From: Candidatus Kaiserbacteria bacterium
GTDB taxonomy: Bacteria; Patescibacteriota; Minisyncoccia; Phycocordibacterales; UBA2100
DNA length: 64,000 nucleotides
Assembly: GCA_016867375.1 (NCBI GenBank)
Contig: VGJQ01000001.1
Span: 21,394-85,393, forward strand
Reading direction: 5' to 3'
Numbering within the stretch: the first letter of the stretch is position 1; each line of letters opens with the position of its first letter. A program made the position numbers and the translations under genes. Shown one piece after another: positions 17,772 to 27,258 of the stretch. The notes below the pieces were generated by a model, which made no database searches, was not told the origin of the DNA, and worked only from the letters and a program-made list of their open reading frames with translations.

Positions 17772-18572
17772 ATGGGTATTCGTCTTGGTCAGCATTTTTT
17801 GAAAAATCAGTATTTTGCGCAAATGCTCGCGCAGGCTGCTCACATTACTCCGGATGACACCGTCGTCGAGGTCGGCCCCGGCAAGGGAGCACTCACCAAA
17901 GAGCTCCTCAAACATTCGCGCAGGGTCCTCGCCATCGAAAAAGACCCTGCACTGATCGAAAAACTGCGCGAAACATTTCCCGATGAAGTTGCAGGCGGCG
18001 CACTCACTATTATCAGTGGGGACATTCGCAATTTTAAACCAGAAACCTGTCGAGGTCTGACCTCGACAGGGTATGTGGTTGCGGCGAATATTCCTTACTA
18101 CATCACCGGCGAGATCATCCGCCAATTTTTGGAGTGCGACACACCTCCACGCACCATGGCGCTTTTGATCCAAAAAGAAGTGGCGCAGCGCATCGTCGCA
18201 CACGACAAAAAAGAAAGCATCCTTTCTATCTCGGTCAAAGCGTATGGACGCCCGCGCATCGTGGCAAAGGTAGGGAAGGGGTGTTTTAACCCACCACCAT
18301 CGGTAGATTCTGCCATCATCGCCATCGAAGATATCTCAAAAGACTTTTTCTCGGGATTTGATGAGCAATCTTTTTTCAAAGTGGTCCGTGCCGGCTTCGC
18401 CTCAAAACGCAAGTATCTCGGCAATAATTTGGCCGTCATATTTGAAAAGGAGAGGGTGTCGCAGGTATTTGCAGCACTCGACATCGCGGAAAAGACCCGC
18501 GCCGAAGATGTGCCGCTCCAAAAATGGAAACTTTTGACATTGCAATTATTCGAACGAGGCTTTCAAAATTGA
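17772..18572 (+). CDS. rsmA: 16S rRNA (adenine1518/1519-N6)-dimethyltransferase
   Basis: GQHFL N-terminal motif, VVEVGPGKGALT SAM-binding motif, and the NIPYYIT motif. Confidence 0.9.
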   Translation: MGIRLGQHFLKNQYFAQMLAQAAHITPDDTVVEVGPGKGALTKELLKHSRRVLAIEKDPALIEKLRETFPDEVAGGALTIISGDIRNFKPETCRGLTSTGYVVAANIPYYITGEIIRQFLECDTPPRTMALLIQKEVAQRIVAHDKKESILSISVKAYGRPRIVAKVGKGCFNPPPSVDSAIIAIEDISKDFFSGFDEQSFFKVVRAGFASKRKYLGNNLAVIFEKERVSQVFAALDIAEKTRAEDVPLQKWKLLTLQLFERGFQN

Positions 18573-18674
18573 GTGCGATTCTAGGAGCGCGAGAAAAATA
18601 TTTTGAGCCGTACTAGAGGTACGGTGAAACATATTTTGCGATGGGCGACGACGAAGCGTACCAATTTTGGAAGC

Positions 18675-19016
18675 CTACTGCGAAGAGCCGTGCATGATGA
18701 TCGAGCTACCTGACCGCACATCAATCGGCACGATGGTATAGAGACAAGCAGTCGGAGCACCCGCAAGCCCCAGGAGCCACTGCCCAGCATGGCTCGGCGG
18801 GCCAAAAGCGTACGAGCGCGTCCCGCTTGTCCAGATATAGACCCCTGGCACCGGGGGGCCGAGGCGAACGTAGATTGTCCTGTTGTAACAACGATGCACT
18901 TCGGACGCCTGACCACCGAAGGGAAATGCATACACGAGAGAAGGAAGCATCGCACATACCACCAGCAAGAGTGTCATCAATGCGACCGGTGTGCGCCACG
19001 TAGCGATGAGGGTCAT
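18675..19016 (-). CDS. Hypothetical small secreted/membrane protein
   Basis: N-terminal signal-like hydrophobic segment. Lies opposite what is probably a non-coding 5' extension of the plus-strand ORF. Weak support. Confidence 0.3.
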   Translation of the reverse strand: MTLIATWRTPVALMTLLLVVCAMLPSLVYAFPFGGQASEVHRCYNRTIYVRLGPPVPGVYIWTSGTRSYAFGPPSHAGQWLLGLAGAPTACLYTIVPIDVRSGSSIIMHGSSQ

Positions 19017-19115
19017 ATGCGTATCCTATCACCCCTTTTAGACACGAAGCGAGTTATCCCCCACGGCACAAAAGTGACACACACCCTCTCCAGGACCCGG
19101 TGTATCATTATCCGC

Positions 19116-20030
19116 ATGAAGTATCCGTACTTTTTGGGTGTCGTCGGCATTATCGCATTACTCGCCATAGGGGGAGCAATCGTTGACACGCGCGTGCCCA
19201 TCGGCGCTGGCGAGAGTACGTATAGCGGGGGTACACCCATTTATTTTGACACTTCCTCCTATGCACCCTATCAGCCGTCGACGCAGAATCAGACCCCTGA
19301 TGACAGCACTCCGGCAATCCCCACCATGCGTACGTATGACTCGTTTTCATATACACCAGACCCAAGCAAGGGCTCTGCGACAAACATCCCGAGCACGATC
19401 ATCCATTCTGATTCAAGCTTTGATTTCAATGCATTCATGCAGAAGCTGTCTTCATCGGGTACATCGGCTTCACAGATCCCTGTAGGCACATCGATTAATA
19501 CTCCTATTATCCAAGAAGAATCGTATCCGTTCGTCCCCCCCGAGCTTTTTTCATCGCCTGACGCACCACCTGCGCGCTCCGCACTCCAACAAGAGCTCTA
19601 TACGTATGGCAACACAGCAGGCTCTTTCCTAAAGACATACGAACAGATGCATGCCAACGACGTCGCGGTGATGCAGCGCTTTTTTGACACCCGGACAAGC
19701 GCACCAAATACGACCGCGCTGCGCCAAGTCGCCAACGACTTTAAGGCGGTGGGCCTCAATATGAAGACCGTGCAGCAGGTCCCCGCACCAGCCGCGTCGA
19801 TCCATAAAAATCTCGCTGAGTCGTACATCGTCGTCGCAGATAAGATGATCGCCATGCTCTCTACCGCAAACGACGAAGACTTCATCCAGGCAGTCCTCAC
19901 ATACAATGCGGCCGTTGAAGAAAACCTCAAACACCTCGTCGCGCTCATCGACACTTTTGCCAACAACGGCGTGAAATTTGGACCGAGTGAATCCGGGAGT
20001 GTCTTTATGTTTTCAAGCGTCGGCTTGTAA
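19116..20030 (+). CDS. Hypothetical N-terminally membrane-anchored protein (304 aa from MKYPYF)
   Basis: One N-terminal transmembrane helix followed by a Ser/Thr/Pro-rich linker and a helical domain. The stop codon TAA is part of a REP-like element. The ORF-track start at 18789 gives an Arg/Cys/His-rich, non-protein-like extension. Confidence 0.55.
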   Translation: MKYPYFLGVVGIIALLAIGGAIVDTRVPIGAGESTYSGGTPIYFDTSSYAPYQPSTQNQTPDDSTPAIPTMRTYDSFSYTPDPSKGSATNIPSTIIHSDSSFDFNAFMQKLSSSGTSASQIPVGTSINTPIIQEESYPFVPPELFSSPDAPPARSALQQELYTYGNTAGSFLKTYEQMHANDVAVMQRFFDTRTSAPNTTALRQVANDFKAVGLNMKTVQQVPAPAASIHKNLAESYIVVADKMIAMLSTANDEDFIQAVLTYNAAVEENLKHLVALIDTFANNGVKFGPSESGSVFMFSSVGL

Positions 20031-20116
20031 GGGCTCGTCCACACATAACGTACCCGTTATGTGTGGACTACACTTATGGCCCCGTTCATTTCGAGTTGTT
20101 AATGAACGGGATCTAA
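20028..20116 (+). repeat. REP-like element, full-length two-hairpin form (copy 2)
   Basis: taagggctcgtccacacataacgtacccgttatgtgtggac followed by tacacttatggccccgttcatttcgagttgttaatgaacgggatctaa. The same two-hairpin arrangement is at 36769-36862. Confidence 0.7.
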
Positions 20117-20170
20117 ACACACGCACATTCGGCATCACAACAACGCGCAGACGGATGATATACTTAATGA

Positions 20171-20986
20171 GTGGAAAACGAACGCTTTGACACCGGCGGG
20201 TCTTGGCGCATTATCGCGAGCGCAGCGCTTTCGATAGCGGTCGTCATCGGGATTCTTGCGTGGCAGTTCCACACACGGGTCATACAAGCACGACGAGTAG
20301 GGGATGCTTCTGCGACGAGCACCTCTCTGGAAACCCCGCGCAACAGTGCACGAGAGCTCGCCGAAAAACTCGGGCTACCAGACCCGACCGCGACATCGTC
20401 CACACCGGAAGAAATCGCACAGATCGGATCCAATGCATTCGGACAGATAGCGACGTACTATGCGATCTTGGAACAGAACAACGCCTACACACCGGAGATC
20501 GGCGCACAGATCGCGGCGAGCATTGCACCGAGCATCCATGCACGCGTCCCGTACTCGATGTACGACGAAAAGTCGCTTTCGACACATGGCGACACGTCAT
20601 ACGCGGGCATGCGCGCCTATCGCACCGCCCTGCAGACGTCACTTGCCCCGCTCAAACTCAACAAGGAGTACGAGCTGCACCTGTACGGTGCATACATGGA
20701 GACGCGTGATGTGACATACCTGACCAAACTCACTGCTGCCGCGCAGCATTATCGTGAAGCAGCAGGCCTCACGGCGCGCATCACGGTACCCAAAGATGCA
20801 ACATCTATCCATATCGCGGTTTTAAACGCAATGCAAAAATTTGCATCCACACTCGACCTCATGGTCGCCAATATTTCCGACCCGATCACATCGCTCGCAC
20901 TCCTGAGCGCATATAGCAAAGCGGAAGACGATATGGTCAACGCATTCACCACGCTCGACGACTACTATGCCAGCAAACAACCATGA
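20171..20986 (+). CDS. Hypothetical N-terminally membrane-anchored protein, architecture like 19116..20030
   Basis: Single N-terminal transmembrane helix then a soluble helical domain. It is the first gene of a long co-oriented block. Confidence 0.55.
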   Translation: MENERFDTGGSWRIIASAALSIAVVIGILAWQFHTRVIQARRVGDASATSTSLETPRNSARELAEKLGLPDPTATSSTPEEIAQIGSNAFGQIATYYAILEQNNAYTPEIGAQIAASIAPSIHARVPYSMYDEKSLSTHGDTSYAGMRAYRTALQTSLAPLKLNKEYELHLYGAYMETRDVTYLTKLTAAAQHYREAAGLTARITVPKDATSIHIAVLNAMQKFASTLDLMVANISDPITSLALLSAYSKAEDDMVNAFTTLDDYYASKQP

Positions 20987-22719
20987 AAACTAGCACACGC
21001 ATATATACTCAACAAAAAAAGGGAGTGATCATCGCATTCGCTTGTTTGACGATTGCATATCTCACACTCCTCCCTGCTATAGGCCTCGCACAGGAACAGC
21101 AATCACTCCCGGCACAAATCACCTCCTGCAGCCAAAACGGCAACGTCCCTGTAGAATCAGGAAATTCCGTGGGTGTCTCGCAGGGAAGCGGCACATTTGT
21201 CCCGGTCGCGGATCAGGCCGTCATCACAAACACAAATCTCATGATTCAAAACACGAGCAGGATCATCAGAAACACCGGCATGCTCGTATACAAAGAATGC
21301 GTCTTGCGCCCGCTCGTCAACGCACAACGAAAAGCGGTCACCTCGATGGTCGTGCGCAACGGTATAAACGCATACAACACGCAGCGCAACGGCGGACCGC
21401 TCTTCGCACAGAATATTATCCAAGAGCGTTTGTACCTCGCGCTGGATCCGCAAATCCTGGTGACCCTTGCCAATGGTACCTTCGACGCACTCAATGACCT
21501 CTTTGAAGGCACTATCAAATCCGCCGTCGGCAACAACTACTACAAGGCGACTCGCGAAAAGGCGAGCAGCACACTCGCGTGTCCGTATCGGGGAAATCTC
21601 AATGCAGCACTCAATGGCAGCCCCCAAGGGTCGACGCGCGATGCTCTTTTGGCATTTAGAAATCCGGCGTGCGTCCCACATATGGCGGCAGAAATGGCAA
21701 ATCAGGTGGCGTTCGACTATATGGGCGCTGCCGAAGAGAGTCTCCTTACCAACGTCAATTGGGGGCAGGGAAACTATCCGCAGGTACAGCTCGACGACAA
21801 CGGCAACTACGTCTTCACGACAGACACGATCGTGACCGCTCCCGCCTCTGCAGTGAAAACGGTCCAAGAACAACTCCTCACGTCGGGCTTCCGCATGCAG
21901 GAAAACGCCAACAACGTCAATGAGATGGTCGATGTACTCTTCTCCGACGTGGGGTCACGGATGATGTCGAGCCCGCAAGGCATGGGTGGTCTCGTTATGC
22001 CCGGCACCGGAGGCAGCAGCGGGGGTTCGTATCTGGATCAGGTCGTATCTCGATCCGGCGGCCAACTCATACAGATCGGAGGCAACGCGGCGCTCCAAAT
22101 CCTCAACGCCGCACTGACAGTCGAGCGCGCATACAATCAGGCGGTGTCTGCTATTGCCGCAAATCTCATCCAGACCATCAACCAGCTGCGCGCCGTCGAA
22201 CGCCAGTGCTTTACATCTCTGACACAAAATGTGTGTGTCGCGGGTACGATCTCCCCAGATGGCACTTCGTGTACGGGGGTTTCCGGCAACAATCTCACCC
22301 GTATTGCCACATCGACCGCCTTTTCTCAAGCGGTCGTCACCAATCAGATCGCACCACTGGCATCGACCACGCAGGCCAACATCACAAAATCAAACAACGC
22401 CATAACCATCCTCAGTCAAATGATTTCGACTGTCACCAACAATCCGAATGCACAAGCGAGCGTGCTTGCACAATACAATCAGCTCGCCGCACAAGGCACC
22501 TTCCATACCCAATCCGATGTCACATCTGCACAAGCGCAGCTGCAGACCGTCGCTGCCGCCACGAGCAATCTCGTACAAAACACCATCAACACCTGGGCAG
22601 GGACCGACAGCCAAGGAGAATCGACTATTCCATGGGATCACAGCATCTCTCCTGGAGTAGGGTGGTGTAATTATCAGAGCCAGGGGACACTCACCTCATG
22701 GGATCAGCGGTGGCGTTAA
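20983..22719 (+). CDS. Large secreted protein (signal peptide, 578 aa), Asn/Gln/Thr-rich C-terminal half
   Basis: N-terminal signal peptide ending AIGLAQEQ. No catalytic motif recognised. Overlaps the upstream gene by 4 nt. Confidence 0.55.
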   Translation: MKTSTRIYTQQKKGVIIAFACLTIAYLTLLPAIGLAQEQQSLPAQITSCSQNGNVPVESGNSVGVSQGSGTFVPVADQAVITNTNLMIQNTSRIIRNTGMLVYKECVLRPLVNAQRKAVTSMVVRNGINAYNTQRNGGPLFAQNIIQERLYLALDPQILVTLANGTFDALNDLFEGTIKSAVGNNYYKATREKASSTLACPYRGNLNAALNGSPQGSTRDALLAFRNPACVPHMAAEMANQVAFDYMGAAEESLLTNVNWGQGNYPQVQLDDNGNYVFTTDTIVTAPASAVKTVQEQLLTSGFRMQENANNVNEMVDVLFSDVGSRMMSSPQGMGGLVMPGTGGSSGGSYLDQVVSRSGGQLIQIGGNAALQILNAALTVERAYNQAVSAIAANLIQTINQLRAVERQCFTSLTQNVCVAGTISPDGTSCTGVSGNNLTRIATSTAFSQAVVTNQIAPLASTTQANITKSNNAITILSQMISTVTNNPNAQASVLAQYNQLAAQGTFHTQSDVTSAQAQLQTVAAATSNLVQNTINTWAGTDSQGESTIPWDHSISPGVGWCNYQSQGTLTSWDQRWR

Positions 22720-22728
22720 AATAGTGCT

Positions 22729-25362
22729 ATGAGTCGCTTTCACATACCACAGGTTCTCACACACAGCGTCTTGTATGTATTTTTTGCCTGCGCGATACTC
22801 TTCCTTCCCCTCCAGGTGTCATTACCCGCGCCAACCACACAAACCACTTCAATCGGTTACTCCGTGACGCTGAGTGCCGCACACGCCCAGACAGGCCCGT
22901 CCGCATCGACCAAAACGAAAGATCTCCCCACCTCATGCGGCGGCTGGGGATGGCTCCAAGTAGGAGTGGTCACCTGCGCCACACGATGGACCATATCCGT
23001 CCTCGCCACGCTCGTGATCCAGGCCGGTGTCCTTATCCTCGGCCTCGCAAGCGGACTATTTGGCCTCTTGATTGATCGCACTATCATCGGCTTTGGCGCC
23101 GCTGATGGTATTCTCACCAAAGGGGTGCAGGATGGCATCACTATCGCGTGGACCGCTTTGCGCAATATCTCCAACATCCTCATCATCGGCTTTTTCACCT
23201 TTATCGCCATCAACATCATTCTCGGCAGCGCCGAATTCGGTCAAAAGAAGCTCGTCGCCCGCGTCCTCATCGTCGCGATCCTCATCAATTTCAGCCTCTT
23301 CTTTACGAAAGTCATTATTGATTTTTCCAACTACACTGCCACACAGTTCTATCGCCAGGCGACCATACTGCAGACGAGACCAAACACCGGCGGCACCCCT
23401 GAAGGTATCGGCGACCAGTTTATGAATGCCCTCGGCGTGACCTCGTTTGCCCAGACCCAAGGGGAGATCTCCAAGCTCGGGGAGACACAAAATGGCATCG
23501 CATCCATGCTACTCATCTCGATCATGTCGTTTGTCATTCTGCTTGCCACAGCTATGGTGCTTTTCTACGGGTCATTCATCCTCGCTTCTCGCGCGATCCT
23601 CCTCGTCTTTCTCATGATTACCGCTGCTCTTGCGTTTACCACCTGGCTCATCCCGACATTTGCAAGTAAAGGATGGGACACGTGGAGAAAGGCGCTTATC
23701 GAAAGTGCGGTGCTCGCACCCATGCTCATGCTCTTCCTGTGGGCGACGCTCGCAATCGCACGCGCCCTCAAAGCGGCCAACAACGGCGGCACACTCGGCG
23801 GGGTGCTGGTAAATCCTGCCAACGCAGGTGATCTTGGTGCCTTGTTCTCATATCTCGTCATTCTCGGGTTGTTGTTTGCGACCTTTAAGGTGACGTATAG
23901 CTTCTCGCGAGACATCAGCGGATTCAATTGGGCCTCCGTCGCACCCGCAATCGGCGTCGCCGGCTTCGCGCGCGCTGGGGCATTTGCCGGTAAAAATATG
24001 AGTGCAATCGCCAGCCGCGGACTCAACGCCGCCGCGAATCGCATCACCTCGAACTCAAAAATGGCGACCCTCGGCAAGGGCGCCTTGTATGGCGCATCGG
24101 CACGTGCCGCTACCCTCAGTCTGCGCAGCCAAAACCTCATGAATACGGGTGTCGGTGCGCTCGTCGCGAGCCAAGTAAAGAAAACCGGCCTGACACAGCC
24201 AGTCTTGGCCGGAGCAAATCGCCCGCCCATCTTCAATGCAGCCCAACAAAGCGCCACAAATTCAATCCTGCAGGCTATTGCCGCAAAGAAGCCTCCCGCA
24301 CCACCAAGCATCACCCCGCCGCCAGTACAGAAGGCGCTGCCAAAGCCGCCGACTACTCCTCCCACACCCACAAAACCTCCGACAGCACCGGTTGGCGCCG
24401 CCTTACCAAAACCTCCTACAGCTCCGTCTACTGGAGCAGTGCAGCCTACCCAAGCTAAACCCGCAGCAGCTGGCCCGCAAGCGCTACCAAAACCGGCGGC
24501 GGCGAGTGCTCCCGGCACCACTCCACCTACGGGCGTACAGCGCGGCGGTGCCACTGATGCAGTGGGCAGCCAGATCGCAGAGGCACTGAAGGAAGGGGAG
24601 AAGAATAAGGCCGAGAGTAATAAGGCGGCAGCGGCAGCGAGTGACCAGAAGCAAAAACAGCTCACCGAAGAAATCGGCAGGGCGGTTGCGGGCGCTACAG
24701 CCGAAAGTGCACGAGAAACAGCGGAGGCAGTGAGAGCGGCAGGTACGGAGACACAAGCGGCTGTTGGAAAAATCGCAGAACAAGCAAGTACATCCCAAAA
24801 GGAAGTCGGGCAGAAACTAGCAGAAGAATTCAAAGGTGCTGCTGCTGACGTGAAAGGTGCCGCAGCCTCCGACGCCGCGACATTTACCAAGGGCCTGGAG
24901 ACCTTCCAAAAGACACGAAAAGAGGAGCTCGACCAAGCAACGGCTTCGGGAGCATGGGAGCGCGCCGCTTCTTCCCGCAAAGCGGAGGCGCGCGCTGTAG
25001 CTGAAAATATCCGTTCGGCCGCCCAACAAACGACGATACAAGCCTCGGCACGTTTTGCCCCCACACCCTCACATCCGCTCACTATTCCATCGGGGGGTAC
25101 TGCTGACACACAAGCGGCACAATCCCTATCCATGCGGCCCCAAAATATGCCCGGGAGTGCAACCGCGCATGTCGGCCAACCATCCATGAATATAAACAAT
25201 CTCTCATACGCGGACATCATCCGCGCGGGTACGCGCAGGGGCGGCGACAAACCCGGCACCGTCCCCGTCATTCGTCTGAGCGAACAACTCAAAGCCAAAC
25301 ACATGCCGCAGCCGTCCAATCCTGCCAATGACAACAGGCCGCCACATTCTCTCACCGCATAA
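22729..25362 (+). CDS. VirB6/TrbL-like polytopic membrane protein with a Pro-rich linker and a long Ala-rich helical C-terminal extension
   Basis: About 500 aa with many transmembrane helices. Then a PPAPPSITPPPVQKALPKPPTTPPTPTKPPTAP linker and an AxxxA-rich coiled C-terminus. Its position upstream of VirB3-like and VirB4 genes matches Gram-positive-type T4SS organisation. Confidence 0.5.
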   Translation: MSRFHIPQVLTHSVLYVFFACAILFLPLQVSLPAPTTQTTSIGYSVTLSAAHAQTGPSASTKTKDLPTSCGGWGWLQVGVVTCATRWTISVLATLVIQAGVLILGLASGLFGLLIDRTIIGFGAADGILTKGVQDGITIAWTALRNISNILIIGFFTFIAINIILGSAEFGQKKLVARVLIVAILINFSLFFTKVIIDFSNYTATQFYRQATILQTRPNTGGTPEGIGDQFMNALGVTSFAQTQGEISKLGETQNGIASMLLISIMSFVILLATAMVLFYGSFILASRAILLVFLMITAALAFTTWLIPTFASKGWDTWRKALIESAVLAPMLMLFLWATLAIARALKAANNGGTLGGVLVNPANAGDLGALFSYLVILGLLFATFKVTYSFSRDISGFNWASVAPAIGVAGFARAGAFAGKNMSAIASRGLNAAANRITSNSKMATLGKGALYGASARAATLSLRSQNLMNTGVGALVASQVKKTGLTQPVLAGANRPPIFNAAQQSATNSILQAIAAKKPPAPPSITPPPVQKALPKPPTTPPTPTKPPTAPVGAALPKPPTAPSTGAVQPTQAKPAAAGPQALPKPAAASAPGTTPPTGVQRGGATDAVGSQIAEALKEGEKNKAESNKAAAAASDQKQKQLTEEIGRAVAGATAESARETAEAVRAAGTETQAAVGKIAEQASTSQKEVGQKLAEEFKGAAADVKGAAASDAATFTKGLETFQKTRKEELDQATASGAWERAASSRKAEARAVAENIRSAAQQTTIQASARFAPTPSHPLTIPSGGTADTQAAQSLSMRPQNMPGSATAHVGQPSMNINNLSYADIIRAGTRRGGDKPGTVPVIRLSEQLKAKHMPQPSNPANDNRPPHSLTA

Positions 25363-25371
25363 CCACATCAT

Positions 25372-25908
25372 ATGGACACATCACACACTATAGACTTCGA
25401 AAAGGTAATGCATGAGCGGTTTGCACAGCTCCCTCCATCTATACAGGCCGCCATCACATCGGCCGATGTCGAGACGCACCTACGTGAGCTCGCCAAGACC
25501 CACCAACTTCATCTCGACCAGTGGAATCTGCTCGAAAACGAGGTCATGCTCACACTCTTGGGCCTCCAACAAATGTCCCAACTCAAGGATAATATTATGA
25601 AAGAGGTTGGTGTCTCCGATCAGGTGGCAACAGAGCTCGCCAACGACATCACACAAAATGTCTTCCAGCCGATCCGTGACGAGCTCGAACAACTACTCGA
25701 ACACCCCGCATCACAACCGGACACACCACCATCAGCCTCTGGCGCGGCCCAAGCATCAACACCAGCTTCCACTACACCCACGCCGACCCCTCCCACGCCA
25801 GACATAAAGGTGGCACGTGCCGCCACACCATCTACCTATCTGTCGCAGACTCCGAGTCATGAACGTAAAACCATAGACGGTGACCCTTATCGCGAACAAA
25901 TTAATTAA
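25372..25908 (+). CDS. Hypothetical protein with Thr/Pro-rich C-terminus
   Basis: ORF within the co-oriented block. No motif recognised. Confidence 0.45.
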   Translation: MDTSHTIDFEKVMHERFAQLPPSIQAAITSADVETHLRELAKTHQLHLDQWNLLENEVMLTLLGLQQMSQLKDNIMKEVGVSDQVATELANDITQNVFQPIRDELEQLLEHPASQPDTPPSASGAAQASTPASTTPTPTPPTPDIKVARAATPSTYLSQTPSHERKTIDGDPYREQIN

Positions 25909-26026
25909 ATCCTCTACGTATGTAGATTTGTGTGGGGGGATAGGGCACAAGCACAGTACCTGGACTGTAGTAGAATATAGATATGGTTGAAAGGAAGAGG
26001 GGTCATTCCACCAGCCTCATTTATCT

Positions 26027-26530
26027 ATGCAATTCCAGGTTCCCCAATTCATCGAGGTCGAGGACAAGATCTTTGGTCCGTTCACGTTCAGACAGTTCAT
26101 CTATCTCGTGGGTGGTGCTGGTGCGTGCTACCTTGTATGGCGCGTCCTGCCGGTATTTGTATCGTTGCCACTGATCATCTTTATCGCGCCGTTTTCCGTG
26201 GCGCTTGCCTTCTTTCAAATGAACGGCCGTCCGTTTATTCTCGCGCTCGAAAGCGGCTTCTTTTATCTCATACACTCAAAGTTGTACCTATGGAACAACA
26301 CGAAAAAACCGCTTGTCGCACGCGAAAAGACAAAAACAGCCGCAGCGACCAAGAACGGTCTCTACATACCTCGGCTTTCCGACAGCAAACTTCACGAGCT
26401 CGCCTGGAGCCTTGATATTAGAGAGCGCATCGCGAGCGGCACGACAGTGGAGGCCGAGCGGCAGCCAGCTCCCGTCGACGTACTCGCCCCCGTCCGCACT
26501 GCCCGCGACGCCATGACTAAAGCATCATAA
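26027..26530 (+). CDS. VirB3/PrgI-like small membrane protein (two TM helices)
   Basis: 167 aa. Two adjacent hydrophobic helices near the N-terminus (FRQFIYLVGGAGACYLVWRVLPVFVSLPLIIFIAPFSVALAFF). Sits immediately before the VirB4 gene, as VirB3/PrgI genes do. Confidence 0.45.
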   Translation: MQFQVPQFIEVEDKIFGPFTFRQFIYLVGGAGACYLVWRVLPVFVSLPLIIFIAPFSVALAFFQMNGRPFILALESGFFYLIHSKLYLWNNTKKPLVAREKTKTAAATKNGLYIPRLSDSKLHELAWSLDIRERIASGTTVEAERQPAPVDVLAPVRTARDAMTKAS

Positions 26531-26534
26531 ATCT

Positions 26535-27191
26535 ATGGAAGAAACCAACGCGCGCACATCCACCCGTTCGACACAAGACTTCGTCCCTATTTCGGAAGTC
26601 CGCGACGGCATTGTCGTTTTGAAAAACGGGGAATTGCGCGCAATACTCCTTGCATCATCCATCAACTTTGCCCTGAAATCCGAAGACGAGCAGACGGCAT
26701 TCATTATCCAATTCCAAAACTTCCTCAACTCACTCGATTTTTCCTGCCAGATCTTCGTACAATCGCGTATGCTCGACATCCGCCCCTACATCACCACCCT
26801 CGAAGCGCAGTACAAACAACAGCTCGACGACCTCATGCGCATACAAATCCGCGAATACATCGAATTCATCAAGAGCTTCACCGAAGCCGCCAACATTATG
26901 ACCAAAAATTTCTTCGTCGTCGTGCCGTACACACCGACAATCATCAAGAAAGCTACCGGCCCTACCTCGTACCTCCCCTCATTCGGCGGCAAAAAAGACA
27001 GCGGCACAGTCGAGACGTCGTTTGAAGAGCACGTCTCCCAGCTCGAGCAGCGCATCTCGATCGTCCAACAGGGCCTGGTACGCACCGGAGTACGCACCGT
27101 CCAGCTCGGCACCGAGGAAGCTATCGAACTTCTCTACAAGATGTTCAATCCCGGCGAAGAAGGAAAACCTATGCCCGTACCTACCGACTGA
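26535..27191 (+). CDS. Hypothetical cytoplasmic protein immediately upstream of virB4
   Basis: 218 aa with no transmembrane helix. 4-nt gap from the VirB3-like gene. Function unknown. Confidence 0.45.
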   Translation: MEETNARTSTRSTQDFVPISEVRDGIVVLKNGELRAILLASSINFALKSEDEQTAFIIQFQNFLNSLDFSCQIFVQSRMLDIRPYITTLEAQYKQQLDDLMRIQIREYIEFIKSFTEAANIMTKNFFVVVPYTPTIIKKATGPTSYLPSFGGKKDSGTVETSFEEHVSQLEQRISIVQQGLVRTGVRTVQLGTEEAIELLYKMFNPGEEGKPMPVPTD

Positions 27192-27258
27192 TGCCAGGGT
27201 ATAATGACACACAAACGCATATGTCCTCACCACAGCACGACTACCTCATACACACACT

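Noticed and set aside
17481-18203. 240-aa minus-strand ORF overlapping the transposase and ksgA
   Set aside because: Antisense to two well-supported genes. Cys/Arg-rich junk-like sequence.
18789-19115. N-terminal 109-aa extension of the ORF 18789-20030
   Set aside because: The extension is Arg/Cys/His-rich and non-protein-like. A plausible start with a downstream transmembrane helix exists at 19116, and a better candidate ORF lies on the opposite strand over this stretch.
23565-25355. 596-aa minus-strand ORF antisense to the VirB6-like gene
   Set aside because: Entirely overlaps a much better supported plus-strand gene with clear transmembrane architecture. Its composition (Ala/Gly/Pro/Arg-rich) is typical of antisense frames in GC-rich DNA.
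26535-27191. Idea that the 218-aa protein upstream of virB4 is a detached N-terminal VirB4 domain
   Set aside because: The downstream VirB4 ORF already contains the full N-terminal RTFFVISYPRF...ISIFVHP region. My recollection of similarity for the upstream protein is too vague to assert without a profile search.
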